DNA from: Candidatus Iainarchaeum sp. | GTDB taxonomy: Archaea; Iainarchaeota; Iainarchaeia; Iainarchaeales; GCA-2688035 | Length of the DNA: 64,000 nucleotides | Direction: 5' to 3' | Assembly (NCBI GenBank): GCA_017610175.1 | Contig: JAFCCO010000001.1 | Span: 32,001-96,000 of the forward strand | Shown here: positions 43,416 through 53,190 of the stretch, piece after piece | Position numbering within the stretch: the first letter of the stretch is position 1 | Layout: the number at the start of each line of letters is the position of its first letter | Program-made: the position numbers and the translations under genes | The notes under the pieces: generated by a model | Told to the model about the DNA's origin: nothing | What the model saw: only the letters and a program-made list of their open reading frames with translations | Databases searched by the model: none

Positions 43416-44141
43416 TTAGAGCAGGGTTATTGCCAAAAGCACAGCTGCAAATCCTGCAAGAATGGCTGCAGACTTGCCGTGCGGGTTCTCAGTAAGCTTT
43501 GCTTCTGGAAGAAGCTCGTGAACCGAAATAAATGTCATCACCTCTGCCGCAGCCCCCAAAGCCATGCCAAGCATGACGGACGGCATGTCCCGCAACACAA
43601 AGAACCCTATCAGGAACCCAAACAATTCAAACAAAATGGTCCCAAAAACTATTGCAAACGACAGCCTCCGTTTTCCGGTAAGGCTGTAGAGCGGAATCAC
43701 TGTTGCAATATTTTCAGGAATGTCCTGCAAAGCAATTACCAAGGCAATCAATATTCCAAGGCTTGGCTCAAGCGCAAAGCCAATTCCAATCGCAAGCCCT
43801 TCCGGGATATTGTGCAATGCAATTCCAATAACCAGCATTGCAACGCACCTAACCATATTCTCCTCTTTTTTGCAGAATTCAGGGTGAAGGTGCGGCAGAA
43901 TTTTGTCCAAAGCAAGCACAATTGAGGTGCCCAAAGCAAATCCGATTAGGACAAAGATTGCGGAAGCGCTTTCAAGGGCCTCCGGAATTAATTCCATTAG
44001 GGAAATTCCAATCATCATTGATGCGGCAAACGCAAGGGAATAGCGCAAAAATTTTTCACTTGGCTTTTTCAGCAAGCCGATTCCCGAACCCAAAAGCTAC
44101 CCAAAGAAAATTAGAAAAATGATAATCCAAAACTGGTCCAC
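43416..44141 (-). pseudogene. ZupT/GufA-like ZIP transporter with in-frame TAG at 44097-44099
   Basis: GTG start MDQFWIIIFLIFFG*LLGSGIG; HNIPEG, QDIPE, ELLPEA. Confidence 0.7.
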
Positions 44142-44213
44142 GGATTCATCGCCTGCCTAACTCAATTGATAACCAATAAGGTAATATATAAGAAGTGCAT
44201 TATTTTTCATAGC

Positions 44214-45944
44214 ATGTTCAAAACCTATTCAAAGATAGTTCTGATTGCATTTTCGCTGCTTTTGGCAGCCAATGCCTTTGCGGTAACGCTCGAATATGAC
44301 GGGTCTGTAATAATTGACCTGCCGCAGGACCGATTTTACGGCGGCGACACGGTAAATGCATCAATACTGATTTCAAATTCAGAGGACTTCCCCCTTGCAA
44401 ACGCCTACCTTGTGCTCGAAATCGTGAAAGGGGAGTATTATTACCCTTCCCAAAAGCTCAACTCAAACAATGTAATTTATGAGGAAATAGTTCGCGGGAT
44501 AAACCTTGCCCCCGGTGCCAGCAAGACAATTCCCTTCGCCTTTGAGCTGCGCAACGACCTTGATGTTGGAATTTACAGAATAGACGCTTACCTGCAGGAG
44601 GGCGTAACCCCGATTGCAGGAGTCCCCTACATTTTTGACGCACCACACAGCGCATATTTTGTGTTCAACGGAACGGACGGAGTTGAGCCCGAATTCCCGG
44701 TGGCAAAAATAGTGCGGCCCAGAACGGCATTCAACGACACAACCGGGCCTGTTGGTGCCCCTGCAGAGCCAAACTCAATGGTTGGCGCAAACATTTTTGT
44801 GGAAAACACATCAAATGCCAAAGTTTCAGGATTGGTTCTCAACCTTGTAATGTGCGAATGGAACGACACAGTCTGTGAAACGGAATTGTGGACACACAAA
44901 GTTGCAATTGGCGAAATTGCCGCAGAAGACGAGGCAGTTGTTGAACTTCAGGTTCCGGCTCCTGCAATCGCCGACGCATACGCCGTAAAAATGGAGCTTA
45001 ATGATTCCGAGGGAAACCTTCTCTCGCTTTACAGAAACCGCATCATTGTTGCGGGCGAAACCAAAAAAATAAGAAAGCTTTACGTAAACGATTATTACTT
45101 TGAAGAAGGGGACACGGTAACAATTAGTGCGGTAATCGGGCCAAGCCCTGACCACTACAATGACAGCCCTGTGCTTTACGGCGCAGAATTCAAAATAAGC
45201 GTAATTGACCTTGAAACCAACGGCCCAGTATTTGAGCAGTCGCTTGACCTAACCCCTGCCGAAGAACTCTACCTTGAAAGGGAAGTTTCCTTTCAAGCAG
45301 ACCGCGAACTTACTAAATTCAGAGTATGCGGCGTAATTGAAAAAGCAGGAGTTGAGCACGAAAACTATTGCTTTGATTTGTACAGTGAACAATTTGTGCA
45401 GGGCAGCCAAAGCGAAATAAGTGTTGACTGGAGTTACAATATTGAAACAAGCTCACTTTTACTGCAGTTTTGCCCGCAGGACATAGCGGGGGCAAGCCAG
45501 TTGCTTAACGCAAGGTATTACCTTTCAGACAGCAAAGGAAATTTGGTTGCCGAAGCCCTTGCGGAGTCTGACGCCTGCCTTGAGCAGGAAATAAAATACG
45601 TGAAGAAAGAGAAGCACAGCCTGCTTGTTCTGAATACGATTAATTTCGAGCAGCAAAAGACCGAAATAGACATTCCGGCATATTTGAAGTCATGCATCAA
45701 TGTGGACTGCTCTGATAATGTTGCATGCACCGCAGACAGTTGTGTAGACGGGGAATGCATCCACGCCCCACTCGCAGAAGGGGCTTCATGCGGCAGTGGA
45801 ATGGCCTGCAAAAGCGGCGAATGCAGACCGCTCACAAGCTTTGAAATGCTTACCCCTATATTTATCCCGTTGTTTGCCCTAATTGGCATAGCATTAATTG
45901 CATTTGTGGGCTACAAATATTACAAAAAGAGGGGAAAAGAATGA
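44214..45944 (+). CDS. secreted multi-Ig-like surface protein with Cys-rich module and C-terminal TM
   Basis: signal peptide; CSDNVACTADSC...C module; TM plus KKRGKE. Confidence 0.8.
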   Translation: MFKTYSKIVLIAFSLLLAANAFAVTLEYDGSVIIDLPQDRFYGGDTVNASILISNSEDFPLANAYLVLEIVKGEYYYPSQKLNSNNVIYEEIVRGINLAPGASKTIPFAFELRNDLDVGIYRIDAYLQEGVTPIAGVPYIFDAPHSAYFVFNGTDGVEPEFPVAKIVRPRTAFNDTTGPVGAPAEPNSMVGANIFVENTSNAKVSGLVLNLVMCEWNDTVCETELWTHKVAIGEIAAEDEAVVELQVPAPAIADAYAVKMELNDSEGNLLSLYRNRIIVAGETKKIRKLYVNDYYFEEGDTVTISAVIGPSPDHYNDSPVLYGAEFKISVIDLETNGPVFEQSLDLTPAEELYLEREVSFQADRELTKFRVCGVIEKAGVEHENYCFDLYSEQFVQGSQSEISVDWSYNIETSSLLLQFCPQDIAGASQLLNARYYLSDSKGNLVAEALAESDACLEQEIKYVKKEKHSLLVLNTINFEQQKTEIDIPAYLKSCINVDCSDNVACTADSCVDGECIHAPLAEGASCGSGMACKSGECRPLTSFEMLTPIFIPLFALIGIALIAFVGYKYYKKRGKE

Positions 45945-48481
45945 GTTTCAAAAACGCAATTGCAACAATGCTGATGCTTGTGCTTATTGCAGGATTTGCA
46001 TTTGCCGACAATGAAGAGCCTGAAGCACAAAACGTTTACATAAGCCCCTCAAACCCTACAACTTCTGATGACCTTACCTGCAACTACACTTACTTTGATG
46101 AAGACGGTGACTCGGAGGGTGACACCGAGATAAAGTGGCAAATGGATATGGGCTGGGGATGGTGGAACCAGCGCGATTATGATGACCTGCAGGTTTTGCC
46201 ATCATCCGCAACAGGAGTATATTCCTCTGAGGATTGGAGATGCCGTGTAAGGCCCATCGCACAGACGGGTGATAAGCGCGGAGACCGCGAAGAAAGCAAC
46301 TCGGTTACAATCTCAAACCAAGAGCCTGTTGCAAGAATAAATGTGGACAGGACAAGCGCAATAACCAATCAAAACTTTAACCTTGATGCAACCACCTCAA
46401 CAGATGCAGAAGACTGCCCAAGCGGGGGGGACTGCGGAGATCTTGATTATGAGTGGGAAGCAAAATGCTCGGATTCATGGTGCAATTGGAGTGACATTGG
46501 GGACGGTGCGACAATAAGTGAAAGTTTTTCGTCGCCCGGCACCAAAAGAATAAGATTAACTGTTGAGGACCAGCAGGGCCAAACAGACAGGGATGAAATA
46601 GAAGTAACGGTTTTGAGAAGCTATTCCTGCAATTATTCGTCATTTGGGCCACTGGATTATGACCCATCGGCACCGTGGGATGACGTAATTGCATTGCACC
46701 CAAATTATTCAATTCCTGAGGTGACCAGCATTGAGGTAACCGGCCACGATTTCAGAGTGGGCGGCTGGTTTAAATATGCGGGCATAAAGGCCGAAGTGTG
46801 GAGTGGCGGAACAAAAATAAGGGAATTCAACAACAGGTCAAGTTCTTTTCCGGTCTATACCCAGACAATGACAATTGACTTCAGCTCCGGCGTATTTTTA
46901 CCAAACCAGTCTTACGCAGTAAAAATTTTCAGGAAAAAATGCATCTCTGTTATTGGGACAAGCAGGGACGACGCATACGAAAACGACTACTTTGCAAATT
47001 CACACTCATGGGAACTTGTTGAACAGATAAATGTGTTCCTGGAGGATGAGCGTGTAAATTTTACATGCAGCAATTTCAATTACCAGGCTTCGATGAATTT
47101 TAACAAGCCGGCTGTAAACGATCCCGCACTCGGAGGCATAGTAATTGACGACACCACAAACCTTAACATAAGCAATTTTGGAACATTTGATTCATACTGC
47201 TTGGACGGTGTTCCTGGCTCGGGCTTTAAGTACGTTGCAAGGGCAAGTCTCACCGAAGCAGGGGGCACAACAAACACATACTACAACACAACCATAAAAC
47301 CCGACGGGTGCTTCAACGAGCCCGTGGCAAACAGTTCAATTTTAATCCCCTTTGCATCGCTTGGGAAAGGTGTTTACACACTTGCAATAGAGGCACTCTC
47401 CTGCCAACAGATTGAGGAAATCGGTGTTCACGGCTGGCAGGCATTCAAGAATGGTTATTACTGCAGTTCAGAGCCGTGGGTTTGGGGCAGCACACAGCCA
47501 ACCCTCAACCTTGAGCAGGCCAATGGGGACGGGGAAATACTAAATTTTGCGGGCCCGCTTCCATCAATTATAGTTAATGTTTTTGACCCGAATAATATGC
47601 AGGCAACGATTAGTGGGGGCAACCGTTTATTCTTCTTTACCCCATTCCTAAATGATGCCCAGCAGCTTGATTTGGATTGGATACTAACAAACACAAGCAC
47701 GGACAACCGCTTTGACATAAGGATTACCAGTGTAAACTTTGCTGCAGCCAGGTGCCCGTTTGGGGCGTGCGCAACAAGTTCAATTCCATTTGACCTCGAC
47801 GAAATCGGGGAAGAGGGGTCAGTGCTTGAGGCAGTAACTGTAACACTCCAGACCTATTTGGATAATGTAAGCGATACTGAAACAACAATTGATTACGCTG
47901 TGCAGGTAACATATGATGATGCATTTGGGCTTTCAACAATTCCCCCAAAAACACTGACAGACACAGTTACGGTAACTTTTGTGCCACCCCCGTCTGATGT
48001 GCTGCTGGTGAGGGACATTAAGATTCTGCCGCAGGAAACACTCAGCGAAGACACCGACACTTTTGATGTCGAGGTCGTTGTTGAAAACTTCAGCGGGGCA
48101 AGTTTTGTTGTTCCGGTTCAGCTAACCATTCTTGACCCGATTACTAACAGGGAAATAACCCTAACCCAAACTCTCCCCGCCAATATGCAGTGGACAGACG
48201 TTATTCCGGACAACTCTGTTGGAAGCGATGCGGTAACAGTGTCCTTTAGCGGGATTGTAATTGACGGCGAACCAGAGTTTTTGGCAGGAAAAAGCTACTG
48301 GGTTAAGGCAGAGTTAACAAACCCTGATGCAGAGAAAGTGACTGTAAACGACGAGAAAAAGGCTTTGCTTAAGATTCTTGAAACCGGCAGGGAACCGGTT
48401 TCGGTTCCGGGCATGAACCTTGCATCAATTGCATTTGTTGCGTTTGCGGTTCTTGCAATTTACTCACTGCACAGGAAATAG
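45941..48481 (+). CDS. large secreted surface protein (Ig-like, PKD-like, CARDB-like) with VPG-TM-basic C-terminus
   Basis: signal peptide; PVA...LDA..STD...YEW...PG...LTVED PKD pattern; C-terminal sorting-like tail. Confidence 0.82.
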   Translation: MSFKNAIATMLMLVLIAGFAFADNEEPEAQNVYISPSNPTTSDDLTCNYTYFDEDGDSEGDTEIKWQMDMGWGWWNQRDYDDLQVLPSSATGVYSSEDWRCRVRPIAQTGDKRGDREESNSVTISNQEPVARINVDRTSAITNQNFNLDATTSTDAEDCPSGGDCGDLDYEWEAKCSDSWCNWSDIGDGATISESFSSPGTKRIRLTVEDQQGQTDRDEIEVTVLRSYSCNYSSFGPLDYDPSAPWDDVIALHPNYSIPEVTSIEVTGHDFRVGGWFKYAGIKAEVWSGGTKIREFNNRSSSFPVYTQTMTIDFSSGVFLPNQSYAVKIFRKKCISVIGTSRDDAYENDYFANSHSWELVEQINVFLEDERVNFTCSNFNYQASMNFNKPAVNDPALGGIVIDDTTNLNISNFGTFDSYCLDGVPGSGFKYVARASLTEAGGTTNTYYNTTIKPDGCFNEPVANSSILIPFASLGKGVYTLAIEALSCQQIEEIGVHGWQAFKNGYYCSSEPWVWGSTQPTLNLEQANGDGEILNFAGPLPSIIVNVFDPNNMQATISGGNRLFFFTPFLNDAQQLDLDWILTNTSTDNRFDIRITSVNFAAARCPFGACATSSIPFDLDEIGEEGSVLEAVTVTLQTYLDNVSDTETTIDYAVQVTYDDAFGLSTIPPKTLTDTVTVTFVPPPSDVLLVRDIKILPQETLSEDTDTFDVEVVVENFSGASFVVPVQLTILDPITNREITLTQTLPANMQWTDVIPDNSVGSDAVTVSFSGIVIDGEPEFLAGKSYWVKAELTNPDAEKVTVNDEKKALLKILETGREPVSVPGMNLASIAFVAFAVLAIYSLHRK

Positions 48482-48907
48482 CTAGAGTTCCTTCTCCATT
48501 CGGATATGCAGTGTTCCAATTTTTGAATGCTTAAACAGCTTTCCGGTGGATTTGTAACCAAGCTGTTTGAAGAACTTTTTCGCGTGCTTTCTTGAATTTA
48601 CATAAATGGCCTTCACACCCTTTCTTCGCGCACGCTCTTCAAGCTTTTGGACCGTTTTGCTTCCGATTCTGCGGTGCCTGAATTTTCTCTTGACAGCGAC
48701 GTACTGAATGTGGCTCTTTCCCCTTTCAATTGAAAGGGTTCCGGTTCCAACTGCTTTGCCGTTTAGAACTGCAACCAGGGGAGTTTGGTTCTTTTTAACA
48801 ACCGGCTTTTCGCGCGGAAAGCCAATGTATCTGTGAAGCAAATCATATCGCATTTCAAACATTTCGCTGGCTTCAGCTTTTCCGCGCGGTTTTCCTATCT
48901 TAAACAT
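48482..48907 (-). CDS. GNAT family acetyltransferase (basic)
   Basis: VAVKRKFRHRRIGS, FFKQLGY, HIRMEKEL. Confidence 0.85.
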   Translation of the reverse strand: MFKIGKPRGKAEASEMFEMRYDLLHRYIGFPREKPVVKKNQTPLVAVLNGKAVGTGTLSIERGKSHIQYVAVKRKFRHRRIGSKTVQKLEERARRKGVKAIYVNSRKHAKKFFKQLGYKSTGKLFKHSKIGTLHIRMEKEL

Positions 48908-48960
48908 TAAAATAAGTTAGCGGGAAAAAGAAGAAAAAGGTAACAGACAATTACTTGGAC

Positions 48961-50361
48961 TCACCCTTGGGTGGTTGGTTTGGCTTTTGCAGGCGACTTT
49001 GCACTCTTCTTCTTAATCAGATAGAATGCTGCGCCCGCAGCAACTGCGACACCAACTACAATAATTAGGATGTTGTCAATCAGGAACTCTGTAATTTTAA
49101 ACTTGCCTTTTTCCTCGCTTACAATCACATTGTATTCAAGTTCGCCCTCTGGAACATCTTTTCCAAATGCAACAAGCTCGTAGTTTCCTGGGTGAGGCTC
49201 GTTCATTTTAATCATGACCATGTTTTCATTTTTGACAAGAGTGTACTCTGATTCAGGAACAATGTTTCCTGCTCCATCCCTTAGTTTCAGGTCAAGCTCA
49301 CTGCCCGGCCAGTTAAGTGTAATCAAGAGTTCCCCTGTGTCGTATCCGATTTGCAAAGTTCCAATTACCTTTTCCTCTCCCTGCAAAATGGAACCAAGTG
49401 CCTTGAAAATAATTGAATTCCCTAATCCTGTGTGCCCACTGAGAATAAATGAGAGTGAAAGCTCGTTTGATGTTGCAGCAAAGTTGTAGCTTCCACCTGT
49501 GCTTTCCGCAAGCTCCTGCAAAAGCGCCTTGTCAACCTCGGCCTCAATCATTCCAAAACCGATTGTGTCAATCTTGACATTCTCTTTGCCAGCATTTTTG
49601 GAGTATATTTCAAGAATTGCTTCAGGGTCCCGGCCGGCATTCACTCTTCCATCTGAAAGAAGAACAATGTTGACTTTGGATGAGGGAAGTGCCCCCTCCT
49701 TCCTTGTTTCAAAGGCTTCTTCAAGTCCTGATCCAATATTTGTCCCACCATATGCTTTAAGTGCATCAATTCTCCCGCGAACAGCATTCAAGTCATAGGT
49801 TAGCTTGCTTCTTTCACTGCCTGATCCGCTGAAGCTTATAACGCCGGCGTGTGCATCAGTCCCAAAAACCTGCTCGGCAAGTTCCATCATGTTTATGAGA
49901 TTTAATGCTGCCTTTTTTGCTGAAGAGAGTTTTGAAACACGGTATTCCTTTCCACTCTTTTCAAGGTCGTTCCGCATGGATTCCACAGTTCTTGAAAACT
50001 CATAGTTGGGGTTTTCCCTGCTCAGGTCAGGGATGTCTTTTTTGGTTTCGTCAAGCAAATCAACAGAGCAGGAGCCGCATCCTGCAAAAAACTGGTTTTT
50101 TTCCTCGTCATTGAGGTCGTTTGCAAGGTTTGAAAGCGAAGTCCTGTAATTCTCAAGCTCTTCCTTTAACTCTTCTGGCAATTGCTCCATTTCAAGCGGA
50201 GAAGGGTATGTTGCCCAGTCCATGCTCCCTGAAACATCAATAACAAAAATAGCCATATTCTGAGGGATAGGGACAGGTGCAGTGTTTTCCTCTGCATAAG
50301 TGCCGACTGCAAGCAGGGCAGCAAATGCAATCAATAATGCAAGTAAAATAGTTCGCTTCAT
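48961..50361 (-). CDS. membrane-anchored vWA-domain protein
   Basis: MIDAS DVSGS, GGTN, LSDG; signal peptide and C-terminal TM. Confidence 0.88.
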   Translation of the reverse strand: MKRTILLALLIAFAALLAVGTYAEENTAPVPIPQNMAIFVIDVSGSMDWATYPSPLEMEQLPEELKEELENYRTSLSNLANDLNDEEKNQFFAGCGSCSVDLLDETKKDIPDLSRENPNYEFSRTVESMRNDLEKSGKEYRVSKLSSAKKAALNLINMMELAEQVFGTDAHAGVISFSGSGSERSKLTYDLNAVRGRIDALKAYGGTNIGSGLEEAFETRKEGALPSSKVNIVLLSDGRVNAGRDPEAILEIYSKNAGKENVKIDTIGFGMIEAEVDKALLQELAESTGGSYNFAATSNELSLSFILSGHTGLGNSIIFKALGSILQGEEKVIGTLQIGYDTGELLITLNWPGSELDLKLRDGAGNIVPESEYTLVKNENMVMIKMNEPHPGNYELVAFGKDVPEGELEYNVIVSEEKGKFKITEFLIDNILIIVVGVAVAAGAAFYLIKKKSAKSPAKAKPTTQG

Positions 50362-50415
50362 TCGGTTAAATTAAATGCGAAGCTGCTATTTAAAGCTTGC
50401 TAAAGAAAAAAAGAG

Positions 50416-50544
50416 TCCCTCCTCCCGGATTTGCACCGGGGACCCCTCGGTAACCGCTTTTTTCGCGGCAGCCATTTGGCGCGCTTCCTTGCGGGAGTAT
50501 CAAAAATCTACAGCCGAGTGCTCTAACTACTGAGCTAAGGAGGG
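50416..50544 (-). tRNA. tRNA-Tyr(GTA) with 56-nt intron at 37/38 (50452-50507)
   Basis: C1:G72 acceptor CCCTCCT/AGGAGGG; CTCGG/CCGAG anticodon stem; relaxed bulge-helix-bulge. Confidence 0.9.
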
Positions 50545-50578
50545 CTAATGAAATAAGTTCGCACAACGGTTTTAAAGT

Positions 50579-51484
50579 TTATTGCTTGCCTTTTTGCCCC
50601 ACTTTTTCCCAAAGCAGGGGGAAAGCAAAGCTAATCCAGAAGCCCAAGAAAAGCAATGCAACAAAGACCGCGGTTGAAACCTCTCCCTGGAGTGAAAGAA
50701 CTCCGTTCGGGGAAGCAAGCACCGCAGCTCCAAGAATTGCAGCAGAACCAATTCCCCCTGCCGCAAGCTTTGGCAAGCTCTTTGCAAGGCTCTCAGCCAC
50801 TGCATCCATCTCAAGCTCCCTTGCGAGAAAGTAACCAACGTAATAGCCAAGCAAAATTGCGATAAGCGGAAACTCCTTAAGCAAACTTAATGCAAGCAAT
50901 CCTGCCGCAAGCAACCCTGCAATGGCCAAACTGTCCTCAAACTTTGTTGGAACAAAGTGGGCGTGCCGTGTTTCCTTGTTAATCCACAGAAGCCCAAGCC
51001 CTGCAACAACCCCAATTCCCGCCCCTGCAATAACATCGCTTGGGAAGTGTGCGCCAAGGTAGAGCCTTGAAAAGGCTACAAGCGGAACCGCAATCAACAG
51101 CAGCACTCCCGCTCTCTTGTCCAGGAATTTGCGCCAGTATGCCCATGCCGCGGCAATCACTGCAGTGTGCCCTGAGGGAAAGGAGAATCCAATATATGTG
51201 TCCTTTGCAATTACATTGAAAATTGCGGCACTGGGTCTTGGTGTTGCAGCAATGTGCTTTAGCGCGCCGGTTATTGCTCCCGCAAACAGCACTATGTTCA
51301 TTGCATTAAATGCCTTATGCTCTCTGCCGCTCCACTGAAGTACTGCCGCAACAATTATCCAAAAAATCGGGTTTCCAAGAAAAGTTACTGCAAGCATTGC
51401 CTCCGCAAGAAACGGGAGCTGAATTGACTGCACTGCGTAAAGCAGGCTTGTATCCAGCAAATGCAATGCTTCAAGAAAAGGCAT
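50579..51484 (-). CDS. PAP2 family membrane phosphatase
   Basis: K...PRP, SFPSGH, SRLYLGAHFPSD. Confidence 0.92.
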   Translation of the reverse strand: MPFLEALHLLDTSLLYAVQSIQLPFLAEAMLAVTFLGNPIFWIIVAAVLQWSGREHKAFNAMNIVLFAGAITGALKHIAATPRPSAAIFNVIAKDTYIGFSFPSGHTAVIAAAWAYWRKFLDKRAGVLLLIAVPLVAFSRLYLGAHFPSDVIAGAGIGVVAGLGLLWINKETRHAHFVPTKFEDSLAIAGLLAAGLLALSLLKEFPLIAILLGYYVGYFLARELEMDAVAESLAKSLPKLAAGGIGSAAILGAAVLASPNGVLSLQGEVSTAVFVALLFLGFWISFAFPLLWEKVGQKGKQ

Positions 51485-51485
51485 T

Positions 51486-51926
51486 TTATCCCTTCTTTTT
51501 CTTGACCCTCTTCATGCCGGGAACGTCAACTTGACTGTAGTCAGCCATCAGGCCGCATCCTTTCAGAACCTTTCTTGTTGCGTAAACCTTGCAGAACTGC
51601 GCAAGTTCCTTTTGCTCGTTTTTTTGGAGCTCGGGCAAAGTGGAAATTTCCTTTATTGCCGCTGAAACAGTCCGCTTGTTTACTCCCTTCAAAGCGGTGG
51701 CGATTTCTTCCTCGGATTTTCCCAAAGTAATTTCCGCCAATGCGGCGTCAACCTTTTTCAGGTCAACAATTTTTCTTAGGTTGCTTTCCATTTTGTTGTC
51801 AAAGCTCAATCCAAGGGATGCAATAAATTCCATAACCATTTTCGGACCTGTCTTTTCCTCAATCTTTAGTTTTTTAATTACCGTCCAATCCTCGTAGTTT
51901 GCAATAAACTGAATAATTTCTTCCAT
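51486..51926 (-). CDS. conserved archaeal protein, DUF2666-like
   Basis: IQF.A.Y.DW...KKLKI N-terminus recalled for this family. Confidence 0.6.
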   Translation of the reverse strand: MEEIIQFIANYEDWTVIKKLKIEEKTGPKMVMEFIASLGLSFDNKMESNLRKIVDLKKVDAALAEITLGKSEEEIATALKGVNKRTVSAAIKEISTLPELQKNEQKELAQFCKVYATRKVLKGCGLMADYSQVDVPGMKRVKKKKG

Positions 51927-51939
51927 TCCAATTCCTCCT

Positions 51940-52365
51940 TTAATTTTTTAACTTAAGTTTTTCCTCAATTTTCCTTCCAATCAGCAAAACCGCTTCAATC
52001 AAAACGGTTGCCGCAACCGCCAGAATATAGTAACCCAATCCGATTGTAATCCCGATTATTGCAACAGCCCAAAGGTTTGCAGCACTTGTAATTCCGTAAA
52101 CTCCCTCTCTTTCGCGAAAAATAACTCCTGCCCCAATGAATCCGACTCCTGTAACTATTCCTGCAAGAATGTGGCCCATGTGCCCCTGCGGGCTAAGGGA
52201 GATTGCAGCAAATCCAACCGCGGTAAACAAGGTGGTTGCAATGCACACAACTGCGTGTGTTCTTATTCCGGCGGGCTTGTCCTTAACTGCTCTCTCAAAT
52301 CCAATCATGCTGCCAAGCAATGCGGCAAGTGCAATCTGCAGCACAACAGTTGTTTCCGAAATCAT
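51940..52365 (-). CDS. MgtC/SapB family membrane protein
   Basis: IGFER...AGIRTH, GVGFIGAG, GITSAA.LW. Confidence 0.92.
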   Translation of the reverse strand: MISETTVVLQIALAALLGSMIGFERAVKDKPAGIRTHAVVCIATTLFTAVGFAAISLSPQGHMGHILAGIVTGVGFIGAGVIFREREGVYGITSAANLWAVAIIGITIGLGYYILAVAATVLIEAVLLIGRKIEEKLKLKN

Positions 52366-52422
52366 AAAATCATACTTAATATGGAATTTCTAGTATTTAA
52401 ATCTATTAATTGAATCAGAAAA

Positions 52423-52494
52423 AGCCCTCGATGGGATTTGAACCCATGACCTGCTGCTTACAAGGCAGCTGCTCTACCACTGAGCTACGAGGGC
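52423..52494 (-). tRNA. tRNA-Thr(TGT)
   Basis: GCCCTCG/CGAGGGC; GCTGC-CTTGTAA-GCAGC. Confidence 0.95.
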
Positions 52495-52554
52495 AATTGG
52501 TATAACAAGTAGTTTTTGATAAGAATTTAAAAGCTATGCAGTAGAATTGAATTA

Positions 52555-53190
52555 ATGAAAATAGGCTGCTTTTCGTTTAAATGCAGTGAATGCTGCAAGC
52601 GGTACTGGATTACGCTGCTTCCCTATGAAGCAAAGCGCATTGCAGAAAAGCTTTCCCTCCCCTTGGACGAGTTTATTGAAAAAAAATGCGTGCTTGTTGC
52701 ATTTCTTTACGCAAGAAAAAGCAGTGGAGAAAAGCTTTCAATTTCAAGCAACAGGCTTCCCGCAAAGATTGCTTCCTTTGCAGAGCAGGAATTTGGAACA
52801 GTGCCCAACGCATTCCTGCTGCTTCCGGTTCTTGCGCTGAACAGGAACTCAAAGGGCTGGTGTTCAATGCTGAAGAGGGGGCGCTGCGAGGTTCACAATG
52901 TCGCGCCCGTAATCTGCCAGCTCTTTCCGTCCATTGCGGTAAGCAAGAGAACCCTTCGCAAAGTCTACCCCTTCTGTGCCGCGCTAAAGCAGGAAAAGTT
53001 TGACCACTCACTTGGATTGCTTGACGAAAAGCAAAAGCTGCGAATCGACAAATACTTTGAGCAGGTTAAGAAAAAAGGGTTTTTAAAAATCTGGAAAACT
53101 CTTCCCTCCAAAGCGATTGTTTTGGTTGAGGGGAAAAAAGAGCTTGCTGTTTCAAAAAAGCAGTTTCTCGAATTACTTGGTTTCAATTAA
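52555..53190 (+). CDS. YkgJ/CxxCxxCC family cysteine-cluster protein
   Basis: CSECC, C.ML...CEVH..P.IC.LFP. Confidence 0.8.
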   Translation: MKIGCFSFKCSECCKRYWITLLPYEAKRIAEKLSLPLDEFIEKKCVLVAFLYARKSSGEKLSISSNRLPAKIASFAEQEFGTVPNAFLLLPVLALNRNSKGWCSMLKRGRCEVHNVAPVICQLFPSIAVSKRTLRKVYPFCAALKQEKFDHSLGLLDEKQKLRIDKYFEQVKKKGFLKIWKTLPSKAIVLVEGKKELAVSKKQFLELLGFN

